DNA of 64,000 nucleotides from Parcubacteria group bacterium (GCA_003104935.1 PQAE01000002.1:67527-131526), one strand, 5' to 3'; counted from the first letter of the stretch, positions 18,454-30,044 are shown. Program-made: numbers and translations. Notes: generated by a model from the sequence alone, not told the origin.

Positions 18454-19506
18454 ATGAATCAAATAAACCTGGAACAACTAAAAAATAAAGTCAGCGAACT
18501 GGAATCCGCCATGCAAAATCCGGCCAATGTTTCCGACAATCAGACTATGTCTAGACTGGGCAAGGAGTATAACCTGGCCCGGCAGACTTTTGATTTGGCC
18601 AGCGACTTAGAAAAAACCAAAGCCGAGGTGGCGCACCTCAAGGAATCGATGAGCAGCGAAAGAGATGATGAAATGCTGGCTCTGACCATGGAAGAAATAA
18701 ATATGCTGGAAAGTAAAATCCATGATGATAGTGAAAAATTACAGGAGCTGGTCAGTCCCCAAGATCCCGCTGACGAAAAAGATATTATCCTGGAAATCCG
18801 AGCCGGCACCGGCGGTGACGAATCCTCTCTTTTTGCGGCCGACCTCTTCCGGATGTATAGCCGCTTTGCTGAGAAAAATGGATTTAAACTGAAAATTCTT
18901 TCGGTCAGCAAAACCGAGATGGGTGGCTTTAAAGAAATCATCGCCGAGGTGCATGGTGAAAAAGTCTACAAACATTTCAAGTTTGAAAGCGGCGTGCACC
19001 GGGTCCAGAGAGTGCCGGAAACGGAAAAAGCCGGACGTATTCACACCTCAGCCGCTACGGTGGCGGTCATGCCCGAAGCCGAGGAAATCGATTTGAAAAT
19101 CGATCCCAAAGACATCCGCATCGATACTTTTTGTGCTTCCGGACACGGCGGCCAGTCGGTCAATACTACTTACTCCGCTGTCCGCGTCACTCACCTGCCG
19201 ACCGGCACTATAGTCTCCTGTCAGGATGAAAAACAACAGGGTCAAAACAAGGAAAAAGCTCTGGCTATCTTGCGTTCCCGGCTTTTAGCCAAAGCTCAGG
19301 AAGAAAAGGATGCTAAAGAAGCGGCCAACCGCAAAAACCAAGTCGGTACCGGTGACCGCAGTGAAAAAATCCGTACCTATAACTGGCCTCAGGACCGCGT
19401 CACCGACCACCGCATCAAGCTCACTCTGCATAATATCAACACTGTGATGGACGGCGATCTGATGCCGCTCATCAGCGCCCTGTGGAAAGCTCAGCAAGGT
19501 CAATGA
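18454..19506 (+). CDS. prfA: Peptide chain release factor 1
   Basis: [23 protein letters not shown]. Confidence 0.96.
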   Translation: MNQINLEQLKNKVSELESAMQNPANVSDNQTMSRLGKEYNLARQTFDLASDLEKTKAEVAHLKESMSSERDDEMLALTMEEINMLESKIHDDSEKLQELVSPQDPADEKDIILEIRAGTGGDESSLFAADLFRMYSRFAEKNGFKLKILSVSKTEMGGFKEIIAEVHGEKVYKHFKFESGVHRVQRVPETEKAGRIHTSAATVAVMPEAEEIDLKIDPKDIRIDTFCASGHGGQSVNTTYSAVRVTHLPTGTIVSCQDEKQQGQNKEKALAILRSRLLAKAQEEKDAKEAANRKNQVGTGDRSEKIRTYNWPQDRVTDHRIKLTLHNINTVMDGDLMPLISALWKAQQGQ

Positions 19507-20339
19507 CCATCAAAAAATTAATTCAAAAATACTCGCCGCAACTTGACCCCAACGAAGTGGATGCGGTCTTGGCTTTGGCTTTGCATAAAAACAAAGAATA
19601 TCTTTACAGAAATCCGGAAAAAAAAATGAGTCGTTCCCAGATCAACGCTTTCAAAAAATATCTGCGCTTGCGACGGGAAAATTATCCCTTGGCTTACTTA
19701 AAAAACTCCAAGGATTTTTATAGTTTAGAATTTAGAGTCAGTCCTCAGACTCTGGTACCACGGCCGGAAACCGAGCTGTTGGTTGACCAGGCTTTACTGT
19801 ATCTGAAAGGTAAAAAAGAACAAAAAGTGCTCGATATCGGGACCGGCTCGGGCTGTATCATCATCGCTATCGCTAAAAATGCTCCGGACAATATATTTGT
19901 CGCCGGTGATATCTCGGCCGCGGCTCTGCGCGTGGCCAAGACCAATACCCGCAAAAACGGTCTTAAAAATAATATAAAATTTATCAAATCGGATTTACTG
20001 CAAAACATCCCGACCGAAAAATTTAACGTAGTCGTGGCCAACCTCCCCTATCTGATTCCTCAGCAAGTCCATAAACCCACGCTAATCCAAGAAGAATTAA
20101 GTATCAAAAAAGAGCCGATTTTAGCTCTGGTGGGTGGTGCTGACGGATTAAAACACTATGTCAATTTTTTTGCTGATATAAAAAAATATTTGGCTACTCA
20201 ATATCTGATACTGATTGAGATAGACCCTGATCAAAGCCAAAAAATAAAGGAGATTATAAAAAATAACCTCCCCAAAAGTAAAATAGAAATTATCAAAGAC
20301 TTGGCGGGCTGGGATCGAGTGGTAAAAATATATAATTAA
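19503..20339 (+). CDS. prmC: Release factor glutamine methyltransferase
   Basis: [19 protein letters not shown]; overlaps the prfA stop. Confidence 0.93.
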   Translation: MTIKKLIQKYSPQLDPNEVDAVLALALHKNKEYLYRNPEKKMSRSQINAFKKYLRLRRENYPLAYLKNSKDFYSLEFRVSPQTLVPRPETELLVDQALLYLKGKKEQKVLDIGTGSGCIIIAIAKNAPDNIFVAGDISAAALRVAKTNTRKNGLKNNIKFIKSDLLQNIPTEKFNVVVANLPYLIPQQVHKPTLIQEELSIKKEPILALVGGADGLKHYVNFFADIKKYLATQYLILIEIDPDQSQKIKEIIKNNLPKSKIEIIKDLAGWDRVVKIYN

Positions 20340-20396
20340 AATTGAAGAGCCCTGTACCGTATGGTGCAGGGCTCTTTTTGATTGTGGCCGATGGTT

Positions 20397-20795
20397 CTAC
20401 CACGACCACAATTTTTTGAGGGCGATCCGACCCTTGCGTCTGTAAGTGCGGTAAAGTGCATAGACCGGGACGTCACTGCGAGACGAAAAATCCTCGTACG
20501 CTTCGTCACTAGAGAAGAAATCGCCGAAAACATCAAACTGATCGTTGATGGTGAAGCCCAAGTGCCAAGTAATTGTCGCTTGAAAGTCAAGGGTGCTGAC
20601 ACCATTAGCGGGATGAAAGGCCATCATAAACAACCAGGCGTCAAGCTGGACCTTATTACCGCGAACAAGCACCGTGAGCTTAATATCCCGTGACTGTCCG
20701 AGTGGCACTGGATCAGTCAACGCCAATTCCAAATCGCGCAGCGAAGGCCCATCAACGATGGGAAGATACTTCAAAACCTTATTGGGCTTAGCCAT
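20397..20795 (-). CDS. Hypothetical protein (solo accessory gene)
   Basis: AAAAAGGAG SD, promoter TTGACA(20943-20938)-17 nt-TATCAT, terminator at 20345-20379. Confidence 0.65.
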   Translation of the reverse strand: MAKPNKVLKYLPIVDGPSLRDLELALTDPVPLGQSRDIKLTVLVRGNKVQLDAWLFMMAFHPANGVSTLDFQATITWHLGFTINDQFDVFGDFFSSDEAYEDFSSRSDVPVYALYRTYRRKGRIALKKLWSW

Positions 20796-20944
20796 ACGGC
20801 TAGCTCCTTTTTGATGAACACATGTGCCTGATTAGACGCCGGCACCGCGTCCTTATCCGCCATAGCCCAAGGGACCACGGTGGACGATCCTTCTCATCCG
20901 AGAAGGAACAAAGAATGATAAAACTAAATTGGATTTATGTCAAT

Positions 20945-20973
20945 AAAGCGGCCGCACTGAGTGCGGCCGCTTT
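20945..20973. terminator. Palindromic terminator
   Basis: AAAGCGGCCGCACT-G-AGTGCGGCCGCTTT. Confidence 0.7.
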
Positions 20974-20997
20974 TAAATAACTTATTCCGTAAAAAAA

Positions 20998-22017
20998 TTA
21001 ATATTTAACTTCGTCTAAACTATCCACCACCTGCACCCAAGTTTTTCCAGGCACTAATTTTAATTCCTCTTTTTTATCATTATAGAATAAAGTGCGGCCG
21101 TTATTTTCCCAGCTTCCGCTCTGCACGCCAAATTTATTAAAGATGAGGACAGCCCCGCCTTTTTTCACATTCATCTCCCGCCGGCCGAGATTATCTACAA
21201 TTTTTGAGGGTACAATTTGCACAATGATATTATCCGCTCCGGCCTGGTCGCCGCTATCATAGACAAACGGTTGGTCGCCTTGAAAACGCTGATAAACTCC
21301 TATTTTATCATTGTATTTCCAGTCCACTTTATAGATATCGTTATAGTTTATAGTAACATCTTTGATATTTGCTCGCCCTGTAGTAGTTGCTTCTTCAAAA
21401 AGCCAGGAAATTATCATCTGATCTTTTTTTGATAGTCCACGAACCTCTCCTAGGCGTAGCCAACTGGTCTGGGAAGTAAGGACATTATGCGGCGCCTTGA
21501 GTTTTTTTTCTCGCCAAAAATATATTTCACTGACACCAATCTGATCCACATTTTCCAGATTCATCTTCGGTAAGAGCGCCAAAATATCCGGACTGCCGCC
21601 GACATGCAGATAGGCACCGTGATATTCCTCAGCCCAGGAAGCAAAATAGGGACGAGCCGAACGTACCGGACCGACTTTATCTACCTTGGTGTTACTGGAA
21701 TAAATGGCCATCAAACGAGTGATGTTACTTTCGGCCAAAGCTTCGTAGATAATGTCCGCTTGGGACAAACCATATTGCGGACGCACATCCCAACCATTAT
21801 CTACCATTACTGCCACCGGGAAAAAACCAAATTCATTTTCCACGGCTTGGCCGCTGAACGGATTTTTTTTCTCCTCCGGCACCGGACTCGGCAGATGATT
21901 GATTACCGGCTGTGCCGCCGGTTTTTTATTAAAGCCAAAAACCGCTACGCCAATCAAAATAACTGCCGCGAGTACGACAGTTATAGCGACATAGATTTTG
22001 GATCTATGCGATAGCAT
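20998..22017 (-). CDS. DUF3048 family membrane-anchored protein
   Basis: PVAVMVDN, RPQYGLSQADIIYE, GPVRSAR, APHN; start at ATG 22017. Confidence 0.9.
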   Translation of the reverse strand: MLSHRSKIYVAITVVLAAVILIGVAVFGFNKKPAAQPVINHLPSPVPEEKKNPFSGQAVENEFGFFPVAVMVDNGWDVRPQYGLSQADIIYEALAESNITRLMAIYSSNTKVDKVGPVRSARPYFASWAEEYHGAYLHVGGSPDILALLPKMNLENVDQIGVSEIYFWREKKLKAPHNVLTSQTSWLRLGEVRGLSKKDQMIISWLFEEATTTGRANIKDVTINYNDIYKVDWKYNDKIGVYQRFQGDQPFVYDSGDQAGADNIIVQIVPSKIVDNLGRREMNVKKGGAVLIFNKFGVQSGSWENNGRTLFYNDKKEELKLVPGKTWVQVVDSLDEVKY

Positions 22018-22027
22018 GAAATAATAT

Positions 22028-22735
22028 TTATTTTTTCTTAGTGTCGGCTGGAGCCGCTTCAGCTTTGCTGTCTTTAGGAGCTTCCGCACCTTCGGCTGGA
22101 GCCGCTTCCGTGCCGGCGTCCGCACCCGGTACGACTTCCGTAGTAGCCGCCGCGGCCGTGGGTTCCTCAATCTTAAATTCTTTGGGCACAACCACGCTGA
22201 CTACCGGATCTCTCGGGTCATTCAAAACCTGCACTCCCAGTTTGGTTTCAATGTCGCCGATCAATACCCCCTGGCCGATCTCGGCTAAGGATGATAAATC
22301 AATCACATATTTACTGGGTAGATTTTCCGGCAGACATTTTACTTTGACCCATTGATTTTTTATGCTTAGCTTAGCGCCTTGTTCTTTGACGGCTTTGGAT
22401 ACGCCAACCAGTTCGATCGGCACCATAGTGGTAAAAGGCTTATCTTTGGATACCGCTAAAAAATCCACATGGCGCAATTTATCAGACACCGGATCCTGTT
22501 GATAACCACGCACAATGGTCATAAAATTATGTCCGTCAACTTTGAGATCAATGATATGGCTGGTACCGGCGCCTTTCATCACTTTTAATAGCTGATTATA
22601 ATCAACATCAATAGTAATCGGTTCGGTGTCCAAACCATAAACCACCGCCGCCACACGGTTATTCTTTATTATATTGGTGAGCAGACTATGTTTACCGATC
22701 TCACGTTTTTTGGCTTCTAATGTAAAATGAGACAT
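22028..22735 (-). CDS. rplY: 50S ribosomal protein L25/Ctc
   Basis: AVVYG, Q.DPV....HVDF, CLPENLP, acidic Ala-rich tail. Confidence 0.93.
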   Translation of the reverse strand: MSHFTLEAKKREIGKHSLLTNIIKNNRVAAVVYGLDTEPITIDVDYNQLLKVMKGAGTSHIIDLKVDGHNFMTIVRGYQQDPVSDKLRHVDFLAVSKDKPFTTMVPIELVGVSKAVKEQGAKLSIKNQWVKVKCLPENLPSKYVIDLSSLAEIGQGVLIGDIETKLGVQVLNDPRDPVVSVVVPKEFKIEEPTAAAATTEVVPGADAGTEAAPAEGAEAPKDSKAEAAPADTKKK

Positions 22736-22878
22736 ATGCCGTTAGTAATTAACGATTTTTTATATGGTTATTGCTTTATGTCGGCGCTAGTGGTGTAAAT
22801 TTCTAACGGGACATATCTTTTATTGAAAATACAGTGGCTCTATTTAATCATAAAAAAACCATCCCGTCAAGACTGAAA

Positions 22879-23973
22879 CTAGCTATTTCTGATCTGAACG
22901 CTCTGGGCCATGCCTAGGCCCATCAAAACTGCCCATAATGATGAGCCGCCGGCCGAAACTAGAGGTAATGGTATGCCGGTCACCGGCGAAATACCCATAT
23001 TCATGCCCACGTTGATAAATAACTGAACCAACAACATACTAGTCAGACCCAGAACCAGGTAAGAGCCAAAGTCATCCTGGCTTTTTCTAATAATTAGAAA
23101 CAGACGATAAAAAATAAAAACAAAAAGTAGTAAGAAAATAGCGGAGCCTAAAAACCCCAAATCCTCGGCAATAACGGCATAAATAAAATCTGTGCCTGGC
23201 TCAGGCAGAAAACGCAAACTGCTTTGCGAGCCCAAAGCCAATCCCCGGCCCAATACTTGACCGGAACCTACCGCCACCATGGATTGGATGACATTGTAGC
23301 CGCTATGTTTAGGATCGGAACCGGGATTAAAAAAAGTAGTGATGCGGGCCTTTTGATAAGGAGCCAGCAGAAAAAACCAACTTAGCACCGCCACTAGACA
23401 AAAGACTGTCAACATCCACCACAGATACTTTCTCTTCACTCCTGTAAATAGAATCAAAATCACCCAGGTGCCGAACATCACCATGGCCGAGCCTAAATCC
23501 GGCTGAAGTAAGACTAAAAAAATAAAGATAAATGAAAAAAAGGCGGACATAAACAGATAACGAAAAAGCTGAAACTCCCGGGCATGATCGGAAAAAAATT
23601 TAGCCAACCAGATGATCAAAGCCAGCTTGGCGAACTCTACCGGCTGGATATTAAAACCGGCCACAGTCAACCAGCCGGTGGTGCCGCGAAAAGTAGTGCC
23701 GATGATCAGTACGGACGCCAACACTAGGCACGAGACGATAAAAATTAATTTGCTGTAGGTCGACCAGACATTGTAATTTATGCCGGCTACGGCGAAGTAC
23801 AAAACTAAACCGGTCACGGCGAAAAATAATTGTTTTTTAAAAACCAAAAAATCTGAACTGCCGATATTCAGATTTAAGCTATAAAGAATGCTACAACTAA
23901 AAACCAATAAAATAACAACCGCGAAAAATAACAGCCAATCCATTTTTTGCCATCTGGCTAAAAACTTCTTCAT
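22879..23973 (-). CDS. rodA: Rod shape-determining protein RodA (SEDS)
   Basis: QPVEFAK, QPDLG, GYNVIQS, LPE..TDF, TGIPLP. Confidence 0.92.
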   Translation of the reverse strand: MKKFLARWQKMDWLLFFAVVILLVFSCSILYSLNLNIGSSDFLVFKKQLFFAVTGLVLYFAVAGINYNVWSTYSKLIFIVSCLVLASVLIIGTTFRGTTGWLTVAGFNIQPVEFAKLALIIWLAKFFSDHAREFQLFRYLFMSAFFSFIFIFLVLLQPDLGSAMVMFGTWVILILFTGVKRKYLWWMLTVFCLVAVLSWFFLLAPYQKARITTFFNPGSDPKHSGYNVIQSMVAVGSGQVLGRGLALGSQSSLRFLPEPGTDFIYAVIAEDLGFLGSAIFLLLFVFIFYRLFLIIRKSQDDFGSYLVLGLTSMLLVQLFINVGMNMGISPVTGIPLPLVSAGGSSLWAVLMGLGMAQSVQIRNS

Positions 23974-23997
23974 AAATTAACTCTTTAGCACTGTCAC

Positions 23998-24846
23998 CTA
24001 CTGGCCGGCGGTTTTAAAATTTGACTTATCCAGGCAATTGAGCGCCGGATAAACCAATGCCTTGGAAACGCGTGGCAGGTCACCTAGCCACACTACCTCC
24101 ATGGACCGGCTTTGTAAAGAGTTAAAATTTGGAGTTTGATACTCTTTGACGCCTACAACTTTATCACCGCTCAGTATCACCACCTGCCAACTGACATTCC
24201 AAAAATCATAGAGGGAAATATTTTTGGCTTCCCAACTCACCCGCGGCGAAACCACAAAACTCTTTTTATCAACAGTCTCCCGGGTAACCGGCACATAGAT
24301 AATATTGTTCAGCTCCCAATCAATCACCGGCGCATCATTATCATAATGCCGCCAGCGGACATCGCCTAAAACGACCTTGAGGTCACCCAACGTTTCGCTG
24401 GGGCTATAAGCCGTATGTATCACCACCCGGTCTTCTCCGGGATTAAGAAAACTCTTTTCCTCCGGTAATTCCTGACCATTGGCCACAAATTTGTAGCTAA
24501 ATTCCGGAACCGCCCAGTCAGGGTTCGGATTATTGACGAAAGCGACCAGATCATAACGCCGGTTTCCCAAACTGACAAACTGCGGCGCCGACAAAACAAT
24601 CTCTTGCGGTGCCATTTTTTTATGGTAAGCCGACCAATCAAAGGAACTCTGATTTAGACTACGGGCTAATTGGTTAAAACCGGGACTCTGCAAAAGTTTA
24701 ATCAGGTTAAAAACTACCAGGCCATAGATAACCACGATTACAACCGCAAATAAAACCAGGCCTGCCCGCCGGAAGGTTTCCTTATGGCTGAGAAAAAAAT
24801 AACCACGCTCTAATTCTTTTGGGGTCAAAGGTTGGTAATCATTCAT
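23998..24846 (-). CDS. Hypothetical membrane-anchored protein
   Basis: N-terminal TM followed by beta-rich domains with V.NPN motif. Confidence 0.7.
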   Translation of the reverse strand: MNDYQPLTPKELERGYFFLSHKETFRRAGLVLFAVVIVVIYGLVVFNLIKLLQSPGFNQLARSLNQSSFDWSAYHKKMAPQEIVLSAPQFVSLGNRRYDLVAFVNNPNPDWAVPEFSYKFVANGQELPEEKSFLNPGEDRVVIHTAYSPSETLGDLKVVLGDVRWRHYDNDAPVIDWELNNIIYVPVTRETVDKKSFVVSPRVSWEAKNISLYDFWNVSWQVVILSGDKVVGVKEYQTPNFNSLQSRSMEVVWLGDLPRVSKALVYPALNCLDKSNFKTAGQ

Positions 24847-24976
24847 ACATATAAAAAACGGCTAAATATAAAGGGGTCACTTTTATTATACAATAAATAA
24901 CCCAATTAACCAAGATGGCATTTCTCTCCCGGCTATGTTATAATAAGGATGATTTAAAAAAAACTAAAATAAAAAT

Positions 24977-25270
24977 ATGTTAGAAACTTCCAAAGATTTA
25001 TTGTGGCTACTTCTCGGCATATCTATATTCATGATTGCTTGTTTTAGTTCTTGGGTGATCTACCAGATCGGACGCTCGATCAAAGGCATAAATAACATTA
25101 TCCAGAAAGGCCAGAGTATCGCCAACTCGGTCGACCAGGGTGTCAAGGAACTTAAAGATAAAAGCGGTCATGCCGCCGCCTATATCAGTTTGTTTATAAA
25201 GGGCGGTCTGGAAATATTGAAATCGCTGCAAAACCGCCGGGAAAAAAATAAATCCCGTTCCAAAAAATAA
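24977..25270 (+). CDS. Small membrane protein with coiled-coil-like tail
   Basis: One TM plus amphipathic segment, 97 aa. Confidence 0.7.
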   Translation: MLETSKDLLWLLLGISIFMIACFSSWVIYQIGRSIKGINNIIQKGQSIANSVDQGVKELKDKSGHAAAYISLFIKGGLEILKSLQNRREKNKSRSKK

Positions 25271-25365
25271 AAACAAAAAATCCTCTGCCGGGGAAAATCC
25301 CGATAAATCTATCCTATCATAAACCATAAGATAAAGGTTATCGGGTTTTATTATCTGTTAAATCC

Positions 25366-28300
25366 ATGCTGGTTCACCTCCATACCCACTCCCACTACTC
25401 TTTACTGGACGGACTGGGCACCATCGACCAACTGGTCAACAAAGCCAAGGCCGACGGAGCCACCGCCCTAGCGCTGACCGATCATGGCGTCATGTACGGC
25501 GCTATTGAGTTTTATAAAAAATGCCGCGAGGCCGGGATCAAGCCCATCATCGGCATGGAAGCCTATATCGCTCCCGGTTCCTTGCACGATAAGAGCTCCC
25601 GGGAAAAACCTTATCACCTGATACTACTAGCCAAAGACAACCAGGGCTACAAAAATCTGATGAAGCTGACCAGCCTGGCCCATTTGGAAGGTTTTTATTA
25701 TAAACCGCGGTTGGACTGGGAAACATTGCGCCAATATTGCCAAGGTCTGATCGCCTCTACCGCCTGCCTAAGCGGACCGCTAGACCGCCATATTATATCC
25801 GGCCAGGAAAAGTCGGCCGAACAAAACTTGGAATTGCTCATAGACATTTTTGGCCGCGATAATCTCTGTTTGGAGTTGCATGTCCGCAATATGCCCGAAC
25901 AAACGATCATTAATCCGGGGCTAAAAAAATTATCGGACAAATACCAAGTGCCGTTAATTGTTACTAATGATATCCATTATGTCCACCAGGACGACGATAA
26001 GGCACAGGATGTTTTACTCTGTATTCAGACAAAAAGTAAACAGTCCGACAAGGACCGCCTGACCTACTTGGGCGAAAATTATTCTATGATGACTGACGCT
26101 AAACTGCGTTCTCTACTTCCGGACTATTCTCAGGCTATAGATAATACCCAAAAAATAGCCGACCGCTGTAATTTGGAAATAGAGCTGGGTAAAATTCAAC
26201 TGCCAAAATACGATTTGCCCGAAGGCGTAACCGCCGAAGCCGAAATGCGCCGCCTGGCTATGGAAGGTCTGCAAAAAAGATTTGGTCTGACCGAAAAAGA
26301 AATACCGGCCAACATCTCCGAACGTCTGGAGTATGAATTATCAATCATAGAAAAGACCGGCTTTGCCGCTTACTTTTTAATCGTGCAGGATTTTGTCAAC
26401 TGGGCCAAACAGCAAAAAATAATTGTCGGACCGGGCCGGGGTTCGGCCGCCGGCAGTTTGGTTTCTTATCTGATCGGCATCACCAATATCGATCCACTCA
26501 AATATAATCTGATCTTTGAAAGATTTTTAAATCCGGACCGTATTTCCATGCCCGATATTGATTTAGACTTTGCCGACAACCGCCGCAATGAAGTGATCGA
26601 ATATGTGGAACAAAAATATGGCAAAGATCACGTCGCCCAGATTATCACTTTTGGAACTATGGCCGCCCGGGCCTCGGTACGCGATGTCGGACGGGTACTG
26701 GGCTACAGCTATGCTTACTGCGACCAGATCGCCAAGATGATTCCGATGTTCAGCTCCCTGGAAGAAGCACTAAAAAATGTTAAAGAATTAAAACAGCTTT
26801 GCGAGGAAGACGCGGAGGCCCAACGCCTGGTTGATATGGCTAGAAAACTGGAGGGCCTGGCCCGGCACAGCTCCACCCATGCCTGTGGCGTACTGATCAC
26901 CAGAGATCCGCTGACTGATTACGTGCCGGTGCAATACGCCAGCTCGGACGATAAAACTGTCATCTCTCAATATTCTCTGCATCCTATCGAGGATCTGGGA
27001 CTGTTAAAAATGGATTTTTTGGGCTTAAAAAATCTGACCATCCTGGAACAGGCCATTGAAATCATCGAAGCCACTAAAAAAATTAAAATTGATATTGATC
27101 TCATACCGCTGGACGATAAAAAAACATTTGAACTCTTGCAAAGAGCCGAGACTACCGGCGTCTTTCAGCTGGAATCGGGCGGTATGAAGCGTTATCTCAA
27201 ACAACTCAAACCCACGGAGCTGGAAGACATCATCGCTATGGTTTCACTTTACCGCCCCGGACCTATAGAGTTTATCCCCGAATACATCGCCGGCAAACAA
27301 GGCACTAAAACTATCGCCTACTTGCATCCCAAACTAGAGCCGATACTCAGCCATACATACGGTATTGCTATTTATCAGGAGCAGATCATGACCATTGCCC
27401 GGGACCTGGCCGGCTTTAGTTACGGTCAGGCCGATGTCTTGCGCAAAGCCGTGGGTAAAAAAATCAAAAAATTATTGGACGAGCAAGAAGAAGCGATGGT
27501 AGCCGGTATGGTCCAAAACGGCATTGACCGCAAAACCGCCAACAAAATCTGGGAGTTTATCATCCCTTTTGCCCGCTATGGTTTCAACCGCTCCCACGCT
27601 ACCTGTTATGCTCTGATCGCCTACCAGACTGCTTATCTGAAGAGTAATTATCCCGAGGCTTTTATGGCCGCCTTACTCACTTCCGACCAGGACAACATCG
27701 ACCGCGTTACTATCGAAATCAACGAGTGCCGCAAGATGGGATTGGAAGTGTTGGCGCCGGATGTCAATGAGAGCTTTAGTAACTTTGCCGTAGTGGAAAG
27801 CCGCGATCCCAAACAAAAAAGTAAAATCCGTTTTGGACTCTGCGCCATTAAAAATGTCGGCAAAAATATCGCCAAAGTAATTATCCGCGAACGCAAAGCC
27901 AACGGACCATACCGATCTATGGAAGATTTTTTGCTACGCATCAAGGATAAAGATCTGAATAAAAAATCCCTGGAAAGTCTGATCAAGGCCGGCGCTTTTG
28001 ATAAGTTTATCAGCCGCGGCGCCGCCCTGGGTAACCTCAATACCATCCTGGAGTATCACAAAAAAATCCAAACTGACCATAAGAGCGGACAAAATAATCT
28101 TTTCTCCGATCTGCCTCTGACCAGTACAGTGATGTCCCTCAAACTGGACGAATATGCCGATGCCAGCGCCGAAAAAAAACTATCCTGGGAAAAAGAACTG
28201 CTCGGCCTCTATATCAGCGACCATCCTTTTAAAAAATACGCCAAACTATTGCCTGACAGCGTTGTCAGTTTAAACGCCTTGCGCCAAAAAAACAATCAGA

Positions 28301-28806
28301 CCGTCAAGGTGGCCGGCGTCATAACCAATGTCCATAAAATTATCACTCATCAGGGACAAAATATGCTCTTTGTCACTATTGAAGACTCGCTAAGCAGTAT
28401 TGAGGTAATCGTTTTTCCCCGAACTCTGGAAAAAACCTTTGGCCTTTGGCGCGACGAAAATATGGTTCTGGTCCAAGGCCGAGCCTCGGATAAAGACGGC
28501 CAGATGAAAGTGTTGGTAGAAAGCGCCGAGCTTATCACCGCGGAAACTATCACGGCTCTAGAGAATAAGAAACTGGCTTCCAATAAACTCTGGCTGTCTC
28601 TGCCGGCCGATTTTGATAAGGAGCGTATGAATGAACTCAAGAGTCTGTTGGAAAAATTTCCCGGCCTGACACCGGTTTTTCTGGAGTTGCACAACGGCCA
28701 TGCCCGCAAAATAAAAACTAATCTCAAAGTACTGCCGACTGACGAGCTACAAGGACAACTCGATAAATTTCTCGGGCGGCAGGCCTGGCGGTTGGAGAGC
28801 TATTAA
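25366..28806 (+). CDS. dnaE: DNA polymerase III subunit alpha
   Basis: PHP HLHTHSHYSLLDG, GRGSAAGS, MPDIDLDF, YGFNRSH. Confidence 0.98.
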   Translation: MLVHLHTHSHYSLLDGLGTIDQLVNKAKADGATALALTDHGVMYGAIEFYKKCREAGIKPIIGMEAYIAPGSLHDKSSREKPYHLILLAKDNQGYKNLMKLTSLAHLEGFYYKPRLDWETLRQYCQGLIASTACLSGPLDRHIISGQEKSAEQNLELLIDIFGRDNLCLELHVRNMPEQTIINPGLKKLSDKYQVPLIVTNDIHYVHQDDDKAQDVLLCIQTKSKQSDKDRLTYLGENYSMMTDAKLRSLLPDYSQAIDNTQKIADRCNLEIELGKIQLPKYDLPEGVTAEAEMRRLAMEGLQKRFGLTEKEIPANISERLEYELSIIEKTGFAAYFLIVQDFVNWAKQQKIIVGPGRGSAAGSLVSYLIGITNIDPLKYNLIFERFLNPDRISMPDIDLDFADNRRNEVIEYVEQKYGKDHVAQIITFGTMAARASVRDVGRVLGYSYAYCDQIAKMIPMFSSLEEALKNVKELKQLCEEDAEAQRLVDMARKLEGLARHSSTHACGVLITRDPLTDYVPVQYASSDDKTVISQYSLHPIEDLGLLKMDFLGLKNLTILEQAIEIIEATKKIKIDIDLIPLDDKKTFELLQRAETTGVFQLESGGMKRYLKQLKPTELEDIIAMVSLYRPGPIEFIPEYIAGKQGTKTIAYLHPKLEPILSHTYGIAIYQEQIMTIARDLAGFSYGQADVLRKAVGKKIKKLLDEQEEAMVAGMVQNGIDRKTANKIWEFIIPFARYGFNRSHATCYALIAYQTAYLKSNYPEAFMAALLTSDQDNIDRVTIEINECRKMGLEVLAPDVNESFSNFAVVESRDPKQKSKIRFGLCAIKNVGKNIAKVIIRERKANGPYRSMEDFLLRIKDKDLNKKSLESLIKAGAFDKFISRGAALGNLNTILEYHKKIQTDHKSGQNNLFSDLPLTSTVMSLKLDEYADASAEKKLSWEKELLGLYISDHPFKKYAKLLPDSVVSLNALRQKNNQTVKVAGVITNVHKIITHQGQNMLFVTIEDSLSSIEVIVFPRTLEKTFGLWRDENMVLVQGRASDKDGQMKVLVESAELITAETITALENKKLASNKLWLSLPADFDKERMNELKSLLEKFPGLTPVFLELHNGHARKIKTNLKVLPTDELQGQLDKFLGRQAWRLESY

Positions 28807-28913
28807 AGAATACCTGACTTTTTGTCGTTATTTTGTTATAATTAACAAGCTCTTAGCCCGTGGCCCTAACGCCATCAACTATAAGCTATTTGCATTAAGC
28901 ATTAAATAAGTTT

Positions 28914-30044
28914 ATGTCCCCTAATAACCATAATCGTGCCAGCAAAATCTACAGTCGCATTGTCTTTTTTTTCCTAATCCTGACTATTGTCGCCATCGGC
29001 GTAGTATTAAACTTTGCTTTGGCAAAAGCCACTATTAAAATTAAAGGTTATACAGTTGACCAGGAAGCCGATGTCTTGGTAGAAGTGCTTCCCGAGGGTA
29101 GCGAAGCATCTTCCGACCAGGTGCTGGGCAAAATCCTCAACACCTCTTTTGATGCTGAGGTTAGCCAAGAAGTCAGCCAGACCAAGATTGTAGGACAAAA
29201 AGCCGCCGGCTATGTGACGATCTATAATAACTATTCCCAAAACCAGTCCCTGGTAAAAACCACCCGCCTGCTGACCCCGGATAATAAACTTTATCGTCTT
29301 AGTGAATCGATCATGGTGCCGGCCGGCGGAAAAGTAAAGGTTTGGGCCGAGGCCGACCAGGCCGGTGAACAGTTTTTAACTGAGGCGACCAAATTTACTA
29401 TCCCCGGACTCTGGGAAGGACTACAGGATAAAATCTATGGCCAAAGCGATGAGGCTATGCAGATGCAAAGCATACCAAAATATGTGATTACGGAAAATGA
29501 TCTAGCCGAGGCCCAGAAAAAAATAACGGCGACCGCCGGACCGCAAGCTTTACAGACATTTAACGACCTGGTATCGGATAATCTGAAATTAGATCTTACT
29601 AACCTCTCTCTGAAATATGAGGACTTGGCCGGCAACCCGACCATCGGCCAGGAAACAAAAGAGTTTAAGTTTAAACAGACGGTCAAGGCCTACGGTGTAG
29701 TTTTTAACAAAGATGATCTGAATAAAGCCACCCAGGTAAAATTTAAAAATAGCCTGCCGGCCAATGAATCCCTAGTAAGCGCCGATCTGACTAATCTGAA
29801 ATATGCCATTGTCGAGCTGGATGTTGATAAAGGCCGGGCCGTCATCAATGTCAAATTTAACGTCAAAGTAAACGGCAATAACGGCCTGGCTGACATTGAT
29901 AAAAATCGCTTGGCCGGACAGTCTATTGGTGAAGCCCAAAATTATCTGAAAGATGAATTAAAAATTGAGGGTGCAGAAATCAATCTCTGGCCCTTTTGGG
30001 TAAATAAAATCCCCAGCTTCAAAGACCATATTATTATTGAATAA
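28914..30044 (+). CDS. Membrane-anchored baseplate J-like protein (CPR type)
   Basis: N-terminal TM, A.GYVTIYN, EADQAGE, FTIPGL, WPFWV..IP. Confidence 0.65.
   Translation: MSPNNHNRASKIYSRIVFFFLILTIVAIGVVLNFALAKATIKIKGYTVDQEADVLVEVLPEGSEASSDQVLGKILNTSFDAEVSQEVSQTKIVGQKAAGYVTIYNNYSQNQSLVKTTRLLTPDNKLYRLSESIMVPAGGKVKVWAEADQAGEQFLTEATKFTIPGLWEGLQDKIYGQSDEAMQMQSIPKYVITENDLAEAQKKITATAGPQALQTFNDLVSDNLKLDLTNLSLKYEDLAGNPTIGQETKEFKFKQTVKAYGVVFNKDDLNKATQVKFKNSLPANESLVSADLTNLKYAIVELDVDKGRAVINVKFNVKVNGNNGLADIDKNRLAGQSIGEAQNYLKDELKIEGAEINLWPFWVNKIPSFKDHIIIE

Noticed and set aside
18454-19506. Alternative genetic code (TGA as Gly/Trp)
   Set aside because: Conserved genes are full length in code 11, and prfA and thrS end at TGA overlapping the next start.
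20382-20693. Plus-strand 103-aa ORF
   Set aside because: Antisense to 20397..20795, which has the promoter, SD and terminator.
28914-30044. Prophage suggested by the baseplate J-like gene
   Set aside because: It is membrane-anchored, isolated among housekeeping genes, and no other phage genes are present.
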